Positions 30,618-40,661 of a DNA stretch of 64,000 nt are shown here, one piece after another. A program made the translations under genes and the position numbers. Source of the stretch: Candidatus Latescibacterota bacterium (lineage in GTDB: Bacteria; Latescibacterota; UBA2968); contig OZ242010.1 in the NCBI GenBank assembly GCA_965204745.1, forward strand, positions 1,312,001-1,376,000, written 5' to 3'. The notes beneath the pieces were generated by a model. The model was given only the letters and a program-made list of their open reading frames with translations, was not told the DNA's origin and did not search any database. Numbering within the stretch: the first letter of the stretch is position 1; each line of letters opens with the position of its first letter.

Positions 30618-31361
30618 ATGAGTGCTGAAAATCAGTATGACGCGATTGCCGAAGCGTATAAAAATTCCAAGCAACTGCCCTTTCGGGAATATATCGAAGC
30701 CCATACGCTTTTTGAGATTTTGGGCGACATCCGCGGGGCAAGCGCGTTGGACTTGGCTTGCGGCGAGGGGTTTTACACGCGCAAGATCATGCAGGCCGGG
30801 GCACGCGCAGTGACCGGCGTGGATATTTCCGCAGAGATGATCAAGTTGGCCGAAGCAGAAGAGCGCGTCCGGCCTTTGGGGTGCGCGTACTTGCATCGAG
30901 ATGCGGCGGACTTGGATTTGACCGAACAGGTCGATCTCGTGGTGGCGATGTACCTTCTGAATTACGCCAAGACGCCTGCGGATCTGTTGCGCTTTGTCGA
31001 GGTGGCGCATCGCAGTTTGCGACCAGGGGGCCGCTTTGTCGGGTTCAACGACAATGTTCAGAATGTGCCGCAGAGCACGGTTTCCTTTCCGCAATACGGA
31101 TTTGACAAGACGTGTGCCAACGCGCCGCAAGAGGGCGATGTGATTTTGTACCGGGTGAAAAATGCGGATGGCACGGTGTTTGAATTTGAGAATTATTATC
31201 TCAAACCCGATACCTATCACTGGGCGTTCCAACGCGCTGGATTCGCCGATTTTCAATGGGTCGGCCCGTTCCTCCACCCGTCTCAACAGGGCAATCCCCA
31301 TTGGGATGCGTTCCTGTCGCACGCGCCAGTCATTGGCTTTTGCGCGGTGAAAACTGTCTGA
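30618..31361 (+). CDS. Class I SAM-dependent methyltransferase
   Basis: LDLACGEGFY, GVDIS, LRPGGRF; stop TGA lies inside the downstream palindromic element. Confidence 0.92.
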   Translation: MSAENQYDAIAEAYKNSKQLPFREYIEAHTLFEILGDIRGASALDLACGEGFYTRKIMQAGARAVTGVDISAEMIKLAEAEERVRPLGCAYLHRDAADLDLTEQVDLVVAMYLLNYAKTPADLLRFVEVAHRSLRPGGRFVGFNDNVQNVPQSTVSFPQYGFDKTCANAPQEGDVILYRVKNADGTVFEFENYYLKPDTYHWAFQRAGFADFQWVGPFLHPSQQGNPHWDAFLSHAPVIGFCAVKTV

Positions 31362-31636
31362 ATCGCGGATTAAACGGATTACGCAGATGAACGCGGATTG
31401 GGTTGGCAGGTAGAACAGAGGGCGCAGAAAATACAGACGCCGCAAGTGGGCAGAGGACGCGGATTGGGCAACGCAGGTGGGACAGAGAATGCAGAAGGCA
31501 CGAAGGACATAGCGGCGGTAGGGCGGTGGGGGGATCTCACCTCTTACCTCTTGCCTCTTACTTGGGGATAGGGCTTGCGAGGGGTGGATAGGTAATCCGC
31601 GCAATCTCCAAATCCGCGAAATCCGCGATTCAGACA
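31355..31636. repeat. Palindromic spacer element copy A (282 bp)
   Basis: TGTCTGAATCGCGGATT ... AATCCGCGATTCAGACA perfect 17-bp IR with sub-terminal CGGAT/ATCCG repeats. Confidence 0.85.
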
Positions 31637-31648
31637 AATGGACCATCC

Positions 31649-34600
31649 ATGAATAACAACATCAGAGAGCAAATCGGGCATGCCTTGGGCGCGCTGGCGG
31701 ATGGGGATTTTGTGGTGGGGGCGCGAGACTTGCTCGCGGTGCTCGGTTATGAAAGCACGCGCACCTTAGACATCTCGGGCAAGGTGAATGAGTTTATTGC
31801 TCAATTCCCCGCGCCAAACGAGAACACGCAGACCGAGCAAGTGTTCTGCGAGAACGCCCAATCCGTGCGGATTCTCTTTCAAGTGACGGATACGGAAATC
31901 GCGGCGCAGAATACGCTGTTTGACACGAACGATTTTGACACGGGCAATGCGCGGAGTTTCTTGTTCGCCGCCGTCGAACTAAACGGCAAAACCTATTCGC
32001 GCGGGCAATACGCCACATTTACTCGCGAGATCAACAAGCGGATACACACGCCGACCGTGGTGCTGTTCAAGACCGCAACCGATCTGTTGACCCTATCCTT
32101 TGTTCACCGCCGCGAACACAAGCGCGATTCCAACCGCGATGTGCTCGGCCATGTGTCGCTGATCCGAGAGATCGATCCCATCAAGCCGCATCGCGCTCAC
32201 TTAGATATTTTGTCCGATTTATCGCTACCGCAACGGTTGGCGTGGATGGACGCCCACGACAAGCCGCACAATTTTGATGGCCTGTTGGCCGCTTGGCTCA
32301 ACGCGCTGGATACCGAAGCACTGAACAGGCGGTTCTACGGGGATTTGTTCGGCTGGTTTGAATGCGCCATCCGCGAGGCCCAATTCCCGTCTTCTCGTCA
32401 GAAGCGGACGTTGCCACCTGAAGAACATATCATCCGCTTGATCACTCGGTTGATGTTCGTTTGGTTCATCAAGGAAAAAAGATTGATCGCAACGGATCTG
32501 TTCATCGAGGATCAGATCGCCAGGTTGCTGAAAAACTATGACCGCGACGCGGGCGATTCGTATTATCGCGCTGTGTTGCAAAATCTGTTTTTCGCTACGC
32601 TCAACACCGAGAAAAACAGACGCGGTTTTAGCCAGGGGAGCAACGCCACGCACCGCGATTTCTCCCGCTATCGGTACGAGAACGAGATCGCTGACCCCAC
32701 CCAGTTGCTCGACCTGTTCGATCAAACGCCGTTCATCAATGGCGGCCTGTTTGATTGCCTCGACAGCGAGGCGGGCACCCGCGCTGGCGGCTATCGCATC
32801 GACTGTTTCACCGACACCCCCGGTCAACGCCGCGACTATTCTATCCCCAACCGCCTGTTTTTTGACCATGACGGGCTGATTCCCCTGTTCAACCGCTACA
32901 AGTTCACGGTGGAGGAGAACACGCCTGTCGAGCAAGAAGTCGCGCTTGACCCCGAGCTTCTCGGCAAGGTGTTCGAGAATCTCCTCGCCGCGTACAACCC
33001 CGAAACCCGCGACACCGCCCGCAAGCAAACAGGCTCGTACTACACGCCGCGCCCTGTGGTGGATTACATGGTGGATGAGGCATTGGTCGCGGCGTTGGCT
33101 CAAGCGTGTTCGCCAAGCGATGCCGACACAGGGTTTTGGCAAGATCGGTTGCGCTATTTGTTGGACTACGAGGATGCGTTCAACGACGCCCATGAACTGT
33201 TTGAAGAGGATGAAACCGCGGGCATTGTGCGGGCGATTTCCGAGATTAAAGTGCTCGATCCTGCGGTCGGTTCCGGCGCGTTCCCGATGGGCATGTTGCA
33301 CAAGATGGCGATGGCCTTGCGTCGCCTTGACCCGGATAACCAACGCTGGGCCACCTTGCAAAAAGAACGCGCTCGCGCCAAGGCAGACGCGGCGTTTGAT
33401 ACGAAAAATCAGCGAGAACGCGATGCCGAGTTGCTGGCGATCAGCGAGATCTTCGAGCGGTATTCGGGCGACTTTGGGCGCAAGTTGTATCTGATTCAAA
33501 ACAGCATTTTCGGCGTGGATATTCAGCCTATCGCCACGCAGATCGCCAAGTTGCGATTTTTCATCTCCCTCGCCATCGAGCAAGAGCCGGACGAGAACGC
33601 GCCCAACTTCGGCATCAAGCCCTTGCCCAATTTGGAAACGCGCTTTATCGCCGCGGATACGCTGATGCAACTCAAGGCCGCGGATCAACTGGACTTGTTC
33701 CGCCAACAAATTGAAGCCCTGCAAACAAAACTGACGGAAAACCGCGAGCGACATTTTCACGCGACCACGCGCCCGAAAAAACTCGCGTGCAGAGATGCGG
33801 ACAACCAGTTGCGCCGCGCATTGGCAGACGAACTCAACTCTGCCGGCCTTCCCGAAGATGATGCGAAGAAAATCACGCATTGGGATCCCTACGACCAAAA
33901 CGCCAAAGCCGACTGGTTCGATCCCGAATATATGTTCGGCATCGCGGACGGGTTCGACATCGTGATCGGCAATCCGCCGTATGTCGAGTCGCGGAATAGC
34001 TTGTTGTCGGCTGAACAGAAAACATCCTATTGCAACCGAGTTCTTTCCGATTGGGGAGAAACACTCCCGCGTGGCAGTGATCTGCTGATTTACTTTTATG
34101 CCCGTGCCGCAAAACTATTGTCCGAGACCGGCTGTGGTTGTTTTATTACGCAAAACGCTTGGCTCAGTACCGACTATGGGCAGAAATTTCAAACATTCTC
34201 CATTGGAAAATTCTCATTCGAGAAAATCATCGACACTTCCGCCAAATTTTTTTTGGACGCCAAAAGCCAAAATATCAATGCGGTCATCACACTTTTTACC
34301 CCGAAACCGTTGCAGACCATAGAATACGGAATCGCCAACAGCGATATGGCGATGGCCTCAAAAAGACATATTGCCGCCCGACAAACGATGAAGTGGGGGC
34401 ATCTCTTTGCCATGCCGCCATTCTTCGCAGATATATTGACAACAATGGCTACCAACGCCGGCGCGGGCAATACGATCACCTTCGGACAAGGGCTCAATTT
34501 TCCCTTGAAGAAACGCAACGAGTTGGATGCCGATGTGCCCGTCATTGTCAAAGCCGCCCAGTTTGTCGCGGTTTCGGCTGACGACAAAATCGGGAAAGCG

Positions 34601-35104
34601 TTGGTTTCATCTCGCAGAAAAGACAAAATTCCAGCCCTCATTCTGCCGCGTGGAATCGGCAGTAGGCACTATTGCACCTTTAATTTGTGCCGAGCATTTT
34701 CATACAGCCATGTGGAACTCTATCTCCCCGATGACCTTTGGGAATCCGATTTGCACTATTGTCTATGGGCGTACCTGAACTCATCGTTTGTCTGTCTTTT
34801 CCGAGAGATTACGGGGCGGAAAAATCTCGGTGGCGGTATGTTGAAAGCCGAAGCAACGGACATGAAGGCGTTGCCCGTCAATTTTGACTTTGATTTCGCC
34901 GCAGATGCGAAGGAGGTTTTTGACACTGTGACGCACCGAGCACCCTTGCCCATAGCAGAGGAAGTGACCACGCGAGCGCATTTGTCGCTCGATGACATGA
35001 TTGCCGACTACTTCGGCTTTCGAGGACTAACAGAAACAATTAGACAGACCCTCGTCGAACATGTCCATTTCCGGGTCGACAGAGCACGCGCCCAAAGTGT
35101 CTGA
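31649..35104 (+). CDS. Type IIG/Eco57I-like N6-adenine DNA methyltransferase
   Basis: PFINGGLF, DPELLGKVFENLL, GSYYTP, VLDPAVGSGAF, GVDIQ, IGNPPY, C-terminal TRD. Confidence 0.92.
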   Translation: MNNNIREQIGHALGALADGDFVVGARDLLAVLGYESTRTLDISGKVNEFIAQFPAPNENTQTEQVFCENAQSVRILFQVTDTEIAAQNTLFDTNDFDTGNARSFLFAAVELNGKTYSRGQYATFTREINKRIHTPTVVLFKTATDLLTLSFVHRREHKRDSNRDVLGHVSLIREIDPIKPHRAHLDILSDLSLPQRLAWMDAHDKPHNFDGLLAAWLNALDTEALNRRFYGDLFGWFECAIREAQFPSSRQKRTLPPEEHIIRLITRLMFVWFIKEKRLIATDLFIEDQIARLLKNYDRDAGDSYYRAVLQNLFFATLNTEKNRRGFSQGSNATHRDFSRYRYENEIADPTQLLDLFDQTPFINGGLFDCLDSEAGTRAGGYRIDCFTDTPGQRRDYSIPNRLFFDHDGLIPLFNRYKFTVEENTPVEQEVALDPELLGKVFENLLAAYNPETRDTARKQTGSYYTPRPVVDYMVDEALVAALAQACSPSDADTGFWQDRLRYLLDYEDAFNDAHELFEEDETAGIVRAISEIKVLDPAVGSGAFPMGMLHKMAMALRRLDPDNQRWATLQKERARAKADAAFDTKNQRERDAELLAISEIFERYSGDFGRKLYLIQNSIFGVDIQPIATQIAKLRFFISLAIEQEPDENAPNFGIKPLPNLETRFIAADTLMQLKAADQLDLFRQQIEALQTKLTENRERHFHATTRPKKLACRDADNQLRRALADELNSAGLPEDDAKKITHWDPYDQNAKADWFDPEYMFGIADGFDIVIGNPPYVESRNSLLSAEQKTSYCNRVLSDWGETLPRGSDLLIYFYARAAKLLSETGCGCFITQNAWLSTDYGQKFQTFSIGKFSFEKIIDTSAKFFLDAKSQNINAVITLFTPKPLQTIEYGIANSDMAMASKRHIAARQTMKWGHLFAMPPFFADILTTMATNAGAGNTITFGQGLNFPLKKRNELDADVPVIVKAAQFVAVSADDKIGKALVSSRRKDKIPALILPRGIGSRHYCTFNLCRAFSYSHVELYLPDDLWESDLHYCLWAYLNSSFVCLFREITGRKNLGGGMLKAEATDMKALPVNFDFDFAADAKEVFDTVTHRAPLPIAEEVTTRAHLSLDDMIADYFGFRGLTETIRQTLVEHVHFRVDRARAQSV

Positions 35105-35155
35105 ATCGCGGATTAAACGGATTACGCGGATGAACGCGGATTGGGTTGGCAGGTA
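35098..35155. repeat. Palindromic spacer element copy B (left arm only)
   Basis: TGTCTGAATCGCGGATTAAACGGATTACGCGGATGAACGCGGATTGGGTTGGCAGGTAG; supplies the MTase stop codon. Confidence 0.85.
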
Positions 35156-35275
35156 GAGAGAAGAAAGTGAAATGTAGAGGACGCGAGTCGTGCAGAGAAA
35201 GTGAATGAAAGCGATTTTAGGGGCGTGGTCCCCGTGCCCGCCCAAGGATAATGACACGACAGGGAGTTCTGTAGC

Positions 35276-35560
35276 ATGGATATTGGATTTATATGGGACG
35301 AAGACAAATATCGAGAAGTGCAAAGAAAGCATGATGTCAAGTTTTACGAGGTGGTTTTCGCATTTGATGACCCAAAAGGATACGAAACCTTAGATCCAGA
35401 AGGCCATGAAGATCGGTGGATGTGGGTAGGCGCAACAGTTAATGGTCGGGTGTTGGCTGTGATCTGCTCCGAAGAAGATGCCCCACTCTATCGCCTTATC
35501 ACCGCATTTGATGCAGAAGGGAGATTTCTCAATGAGTACTCCAACAGAAGTGGAATTTGA
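35276..35560 (+). CDS. brnT: BrnT family toxin (RelE-fold RNase)
   Basis: FIWDEDK...KHDVKFYEV...FDD...EDRWMWVG...GRVLAVI...RLITA. Confidence 0.85.
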   Translation: MDIGFIWDEDKYREVQRKHDVKFYEVVFAFDDPKGYETLDPEGHEDRWMWVGATVNGRVLAVICSEEDAPLYRLITAFDAEGRFLNEYSNRSGI

Positions 35561-38500
35561 TTATCAAACGTATATGAAGGAAAACACCCCCGAAATTTAT
35601 CGTGGGCCAGAGGCGCGTCGAAAAAGACGAGAGGCCGCCAGAGCGCGGGTTTTTCCAAACAAGACCCACATCGTTCGTGCCGCCGACCTCGAACAATATG
35701 CGAATAGCATAAACAGCCAAACCGTAATACCAGAATTGATCTACTTGCTTGTAAAGCAGTCTATCTCTAATGCCTCTGTGTGCCGCATTCCCTACGGAGA
35801 CGCTGTAAATCAAAGCGGTTGGGATGGGATCGTTGAAGCTGAATCGGCGTTTCTCGAGTTCGTCCCGGATGGCAGATCGTACTGGGAGATCGGCACCGGA
35901 AACGATCCGCAGGCCAAGGCGACCAAAGACTTCAAAAAGAGAACAAGCCAACTCTCCGCCGATGATCGGGCCCAAGGTTCATTTGTTTTTGTGACTCCTC
36001 GTTTCGCTGGGTGGGGAGCACCGGAACAAATAAGGTGGCTGGAACGCAGAAAAGATAAAGGTTGGAAAGATATCCGCATTATCGACGGCGTTAAGCTCGC
36101 CGATTGGTTGCGGGAATTTCCCGCCGTGGGCCAGTGGATGGCAGGAAAGATAGGCTTGTCGAGCAACTCAGGTGTGATTTCTACTCCGAGGGAGCATTGG
36201 GAAAATATCGTCTCTCTGACTAAACTGGGCGATCCCCCCATTCCACCAACACTATTCACTGAAGGGCGTAGCCATGCCTGCAATGCGCTTCAGGCACTAT
36301 TCGAAGGCACCTCGCAAAAGTTGCAGTTGTTGATGTTTGCAGAAGGCGAGCAAGATGTCGCCGATTTCGTTGCAGCTTACATTGAGACTCTTGATGAAGA
36401 TACCGCAAGAGATTACGCCAACCGATGCCTCTATATCGCTGAAGAAGACGCTTGGCGTACGGTTGTAGAAGTTCGGAAATCACATGTTTTGGTCGCTAAT
36501 CCTCGGCTCAATTTGGAGTCGGACGAGCGAGCCGGTCTCCTAACAATCGCCACGCGAAAAGGACACGCGGTCATAGTTCCTCTTTGCGGTGCATTTGCAA
36601 GGGGAAATTCTGAGATCATCAAACTACAAAGTCCATCTCAACTCCAGATAGAAAAGGTTCTGAAAGAGGCAGATTACTCGGATGTACGCTCGCGAGAACT
36701 AGCGGGCATTGGAGGTGATCGACTGTCCGCTTTACTCAGAAACTTACGTGGTTTTGGGGCTGTGCCGCCCTATGCAAAATGGAAAAATGCGAGACTCATT
36801 GCACAGGCAGGGCTCGCCGGAAAGTGGGATGGAAAAAGCGCGGCAGATCGGGAGGCTTTGGAGAGTTTGTTGAAAAAAGAATATGGGGAGTGGATCGAGA
36901 CACTGAGACCTGACGCGCTTCGCTCGGACTCTCCCCTGATTCAACGCGATGAAAAATGGCGATTCGTCGTGCGGGGGGAAGCATGGAGCGCGTTGGGGAA
37001 CAGAATAACGGATGAAGACCTCAATCGGCTCGAAGAGACTGCCGTTGCCGTTCTAGGGGAAAGAGATCCAGAATTTGACTTGCCCAAAGAGAAACGATTC
37101 GCGGCGAGCATTCACGGCAAACAACTGAAACATTCCCGTCTGCTCCGCGAAGGCATGGCAGAAACACTCGCTCTTGTAGGCAGTCGCTCAGAAGCACTTT
37201 CCGAGTGTTCGTTTAGAAAAGCCGAATACGTGGCTGTTCGCACCGTCCAACGACTTTTGGCGAGTGCGAAATGGGACCGCTGGGCGAGTTTGGATTCGCT
37301 GTTGCCACTTCTCGCTGAAGCGGCTCCCAACGAGTTTCTCGCCGCTGTCGAGTCAGCATTGGTGGATTTAGACCAATCTCCATTTCACGAGGTTTTTGCC
37401 CAAGAAAGCAGTGGAGGCATAGGAGGGGGGAACTACATGAGTGGCCTATTGTGGGCTTTGGAAACCCTTGCCTGGCATCCAGATTTCCTTTCTCGGGTAG
37501 CCGTTATCCTATCCGACCTCGCTTCGATTGATCCCGGAGGGAATTGGGCAAATCGGCCGTTTAATTCCCTCTTCGATATCTTCTTACCTTGGCATGTGCA
37601 AACGAGTGCCTCACTCGAGAAACGAAAGGCAGCTATCAAAAACGTGCTCCAAAAGCAACCAGAAGTAGGTTGGCAGTTAATTCTAGGTCTATTACCACAC
37701 AATCATGGTTTCACTATTGGATGCCATCAACCGACTTGGCGGGACTACATTCCGAGAGACTGGAAGGATGATGTCTCGGGGGCAGAGTATTGGGAACAAA
37801 TAACGATTTACACCGAAATGGCAATAGAACTCGCAAAGACGAGCACTGAGAACCTGGGCGAGTTGATCAACTGTATGTCCGATTTACCCAACTCTGCACT
37901 CGATAATCTTCTAGAACACTTAGCCTCAGAAGAGGTCGTAGCTTTGCCCGAGGCTGATCGCGTTTTAATCTGGGAAAGGTTAGATGGTCTAGTGCGCCAA
38001 CACCGAAAATTTGCGGACGCTGAGTGGGCAATGCCGAAAGGCACCATTTCAAGAATTGAGACTGTGGCAAATACCTTGGCACCCGAGACTCCAGTACGGA
38101 AATATTGTTATCTATTTAATAATCAAGGTTTTGATCTTTTTTTTGATGATACGGAAAATTACGAGGAACAAAAAAAACGCCTTGATAAAGCTCAACGGGA
38201 TGCTGTGCAAAAAATTCTCGATACAGGAGGCGTGTCTGCTGTACTGGATTTCGCTCAGAGTGTTGCTATACCTGGCAAAGTTGGAGATGCTTTGAGTAGT
38301 ATCGAAAATGAAGATATTGAGGTGGAAATTCTTCCGTCTCTGCTTAATACTGAAGACGAAACCGCAAAGCGGGTTGTATCTGGATTTGTTCAGGGACGAT
38401 TCCAGAAATCGAGTTGGACTTGGGTTGATCAAGTTCTCGGGAACTCTTGGAACGACACCCAGAAAAATGCGTTCCTAATTTTGCTTCCATTTGAGGATGG

Positions 38501-39467
38501 CGTCTGGAGTCGAGTAGAAGAACACCTCGGCAGAGAGAATGAGAGGCTCTATTGGCAAAAGGTCGCCGTAAATCCGTTTGAACCAGAGCGAGACTTGACT
38601 TTGGCGATTGAGAAGTTGCTCGAATATGAACGGGCTCCCGAAGCTGTCCTTTGTGTTTCTCGCACCGTCAACGACAGAGAAAGATCTAAGGAAGACCTTG
38701 CAATTCGAGCACTTCTCTCGGTGCTGGAGAAGTCTGATGTGGATGTTCAGCTAGATCAATATCAGACTGTCGAGGTGATAAAGTGCCTTCAGAAATCCCC
38801 CTCCGTTGACCGAGAAGTTCTTTGCGAGATTGAGTGGTGCTTCCTATCAATGTTGCGTTTCTCAACCGGATCACCCGTTACACTCGAAAGTCGTCTTGCT
38901 TCGGAGCCTGCCTTCTTCGCTGAGATCGTCGCTTACGCCTTTCGTTCAAAGAACGAGGCTGAAAGCGACGACGAACCGAGCGCAGAAAGGAAGGCGACGG
39001 CCATGAATGCCTACAGACTTCTAAACGAATGGAGAGGGTGCCCCGGCAAACTTTCCGATGACGCCTTTAACAAAAAAATATTCACGAATTGGTTGAATGA
39101 GGCCATGCGAATTACGAAAGAGACCGGTCACAGTGAGATCGCTCAGAATCGGATCGGCCACGTATTGACAAATGCACCCAAAGATCCCAACGGCCTATGG
39201 ATACATCGAGCAGTCGCGTCGGCATTGAACGAAAGAGACGCAGGAAAAATGCGTTCTGGCTTTACGATTGAGCTTTACAATCAGCGAGGCGTCCATGGCT
39301 TCACTGCCGGAAGAGAAGAGCGAGAACTGGCGCAACGAAATCGCGAAAAGGCAGAGGCCCTTGAAACAGCAGGTTATTCGAGATTTGCAACTGCAATGCG
39401 CGAGTTTGCAAGGGGCTATGAACGAGATGCGGAACGTGATGCACAGAGAAGCCCATTCGAAGAGTGA
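35532..39467 (+). CDS. 1311-aa protein: antitoxin-like N-terminus + Mrr-like PD-(D/E)XK nuclease + degenerate STAND NTPase + helical region
   Basis: Overlaps brnT 3' end; GWDGIV...SYWEIGT...KATKDF, FVFVT, IIDGVKLADWL; LFTEGR with no intact Walker A; lower GC than flanks. Confidence 0.75.
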   Translation: MSTPTEVEFDYQTYMKENTPEIYRGPEARRKRREAARARVFPNKTHIVRAADLEQYANSINSQTVIPELIYLLVKQSISNASVCRIPYGDAVNQSGWDGIVEAESAFLEFVPDGRSYWEIGTGNDPQAKATKDFKKRTSQLSADDRAQGSFVFVTPRFAGWGAPEQIRWLERRKDKGWKDIRIIDGVKLADWLREFPAVGQWMAGKIGLSSNSGVISTPREHWENIVSLTKLGDPPIPPTLFTEGRSHACNALQALFEGTSQKLQLLMFAEGEQDVADFVAAYIETLDEDTARDYANRCLYIAEEDAWRTVVEVRKSHVLVANPRLNLESDERAGLLTIATRKGHAVIVPLCGAFARGNSEIIKLQSPSQLQIEKVLKEADYSDVRSRELAGIGGDRLSALLRNLRGFGAVPPYAKWKNARLIAQAGLAGKWDGKSAADREALESLLKKEYGEWIETLRPDALRSDSPLIQRDEKWRFVVRGEAWSALGNRITDEDLNRLEETAVAVLGERDPEFDLPKEKRFAASIHGKQLKHSRLLREGMAETLALVGSRSEALSECSFRKAEYVAVRTVQRLLASAKWDRWASLDSLLPLLAEAAPNEFLAAVESALVDLDQSPFHEVFAQESSGGIGGGNYMSGLLWALETLAWHPDFLSRVAVILSDLASIDPGGNWANRPFNSLFDIFLPWHVQTSASLEKRKAAIKNVLQKQPEVGWQLILGLLPHNHGFTIGCHQPTWRDYIPRDWKDDVSGAEYWEQITIYTEMAIELAKTSTENLGELINCMSDLPNSALDNLLEHLASEEVVALPEADRVLIWERLDGLVRQHRKFADAEWAMPKGTISRIETVANTLAPETPVRKYCYLFNNQGFDLFFDDTENYEEQKKRLDKAQRDAVQKILDTGGVSAVLDFAQSVAIPGKVGDALSSIENEDIEVEILPSLLNTEDETAKRVVSGFVQGRFQKSSWTWVDQVLGNSWNDTQKNAFLILLPFEDGVWSRVEEHLGRENERLYWQKVAVNPFEPERDLTLAIEKLLEYERAPEAVLCVSRTVNDRERSKEDLAIRALLSVLEKSDVDVQLDQYQTVEVIKCLQKSPSVDREVLCEIEWCFLSMLRFSTGSPVTLESRLASEPAFFAEIVAYAFRSKNEAESDDEPSAERKATAMNAYRLLNEWRGCPGKLSDDAFNKKIFTNWLNEAMRITKETGHSEIAQNRIGHVLTNAPKDPNGLWIHRAVASALNERDAGKMRSGFTIELYNQRGVHGFTAGREERELAQRNREKAEALETAGYSRFATAMREFARGYERDAERDAQRSPFEE

Positions 39468-39540
39468 CCCGCCTCATTTCTGAGATCACCGCTACGAATC
39501 AGTGCTCGTTTGTCTGCTCATTGACTGAAAGGACTGAAAA

Positions 39541-40020
39541 TTGGAGATACAGATTTTGAGCGTATATGCAGATACGTCTGTTTTCGGGGGCGCATTCGAT
39601 GAAGAATTTGAGCAAGCCAGTCAGTCCTTTTTCGATATGGTTCGACGGGGGGATTTTAACCTGCTAACATCTGTCGTGGTGCAAGAGGAAATTGAGCATG
39701 CACCTGCGAAAATTGGAGAGCTCTTTGACGAGATGCTCAATTTTGCAGAAATTGTAGAGATTTCTGAAGGTGCTTTGCAACTCCAGCGATCTTATTTAGA
39801 TGCAGAAATCGTAACAAAAAAGTGGGCAACAGACGCGCTCCATGTTGCGTTAGCCACTATCGGGGAGTGTTCTATGATCGTAAGTTGGAATTTCAGACAT
39901 ATCGTGCATTTTTCAAAAATTTCGCTCTACAATGCGGTCAACACCCGTTCTGGCTACTCAAATATTGCTATCCATTCTCCTCAAGAGGTGATTGACTATG
40001 AAGACGAAGAAGACTTTTAA
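39541..40020 (+). CDS. PIN domain protein (VapC-like)
   Basis: VYADTSVFG, EEI, DALHVALA, IVSWNFRH. Confidence 0.88.
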   Translation: MEIQILSVYADTSVFGGAFDEEFEQASQSFFDMVRRGDFNLLTSVVVQEEIEHAPAKIGELFDEMLNFAEIVEISEGALQLQRSYLDAEIVTKKWATDALHVALATIGECSMIVSWNFRHIVHFSKISLYNAVNTRSGYSNIAIHSPQEVIDYEDEEDF

Positions 40021-40177
40021 TTGTGTCGAAATGAAACGGCGTGGTGCGAAAATAATCCACGACCAAATCGCAACTCTGACGCCCAAAGAGCAGCTAATTT
40101 TCTGGCAGAAACGCAACGAGTTGCTAAAAAAGCGTCAAAAAAAAATAAAAACGAAGTATAAGAATTCTGCGGATTAA
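39998..40177 (+). CDS. Small basic protein, probable antitoxin partner of the PIN gene
   Basis: Overlaps PIN stop; KTFNCVEMKRRGA...LTPKEQLIFW pattern. Confidence 0.65.
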   Translation: MKTKKTFNCVEMKRRGAKIIHDQIATLTPKEQLIFWQKRNELLKKRQKKIKTKYKNSAD

Positions 40178-40298
40178 GCGGATTAAGCGGATGAACGCGG
40201 ATTGGGTTGGCAGGTGGCGCAAAGGACATAGCGGGTGTGAAGGGCGGTGGGGTTAATCCGCGCAATCTCCTAATCCGCGAAAATCCGCGATTCAGACA
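40169..40298. repeat. Palindromic spacer element copy C
   Basis: GCGGATTAAGCGGATTAAGCGGATGAACGCGGATTGGGTTGGCAGG ... AATCCGCGATTCAGACA. Confidence 0.85.
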
Positions 40299-40343
40299 AG
40301 GGACTGACCACTGCCGAGGCGGTGTTTCTTGAAAGGAACTTTG

Positions 40344-40661
40344 ATGACAGCCCAAACAAAGACAGGTGCCGTTGCGAATATCGTCAGTGAGACCCTGGCG
40401 CAACGCTTCGGAGACGAGTTTGTGTTTGACCCAATTATCGTAGAACCCGAAATAGACCGCGATGGCGAAGAGTACCTGCACATTACCATTGTATTCGACG
40501 GGAACCAGAAACACCTGGACCCAGAATGGACCGCTGGCCTGCTCGGGCGGATTTTTCCAAAATTGATAGAACTGGGAATAGACGATTTCCCAAGCAAGTC
40601 ATTTGTGGAGAAGTCCGAATGGGAGGCACTCCAAAAAGGAAGGTACTTTGAACCCGCGTGA
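40344..40661 (+). CDS. Small protein upstream of HEPN, MNT-like antitoxin candidate
   Basis: Coupled to HEPN gene; acidic DRDGEEYLHITIVFD beta-strand pattern. Confidence 0.55.
   Translation: MTAQTKTGAVANIVSETLAQRFGDEFVFDPIIVEPEIDRDGEEYLHITIVFDGNQKHLDPEWTAGLLGRIFPKLIELGIDDFPSKSFVEKSEWEALQKGRYFEPA

Noticed and set aside
30597-31646. 349-aa minus-strand ORF
   Set aside because: Composed of translated repeat element plus antisense of the methyltransferase
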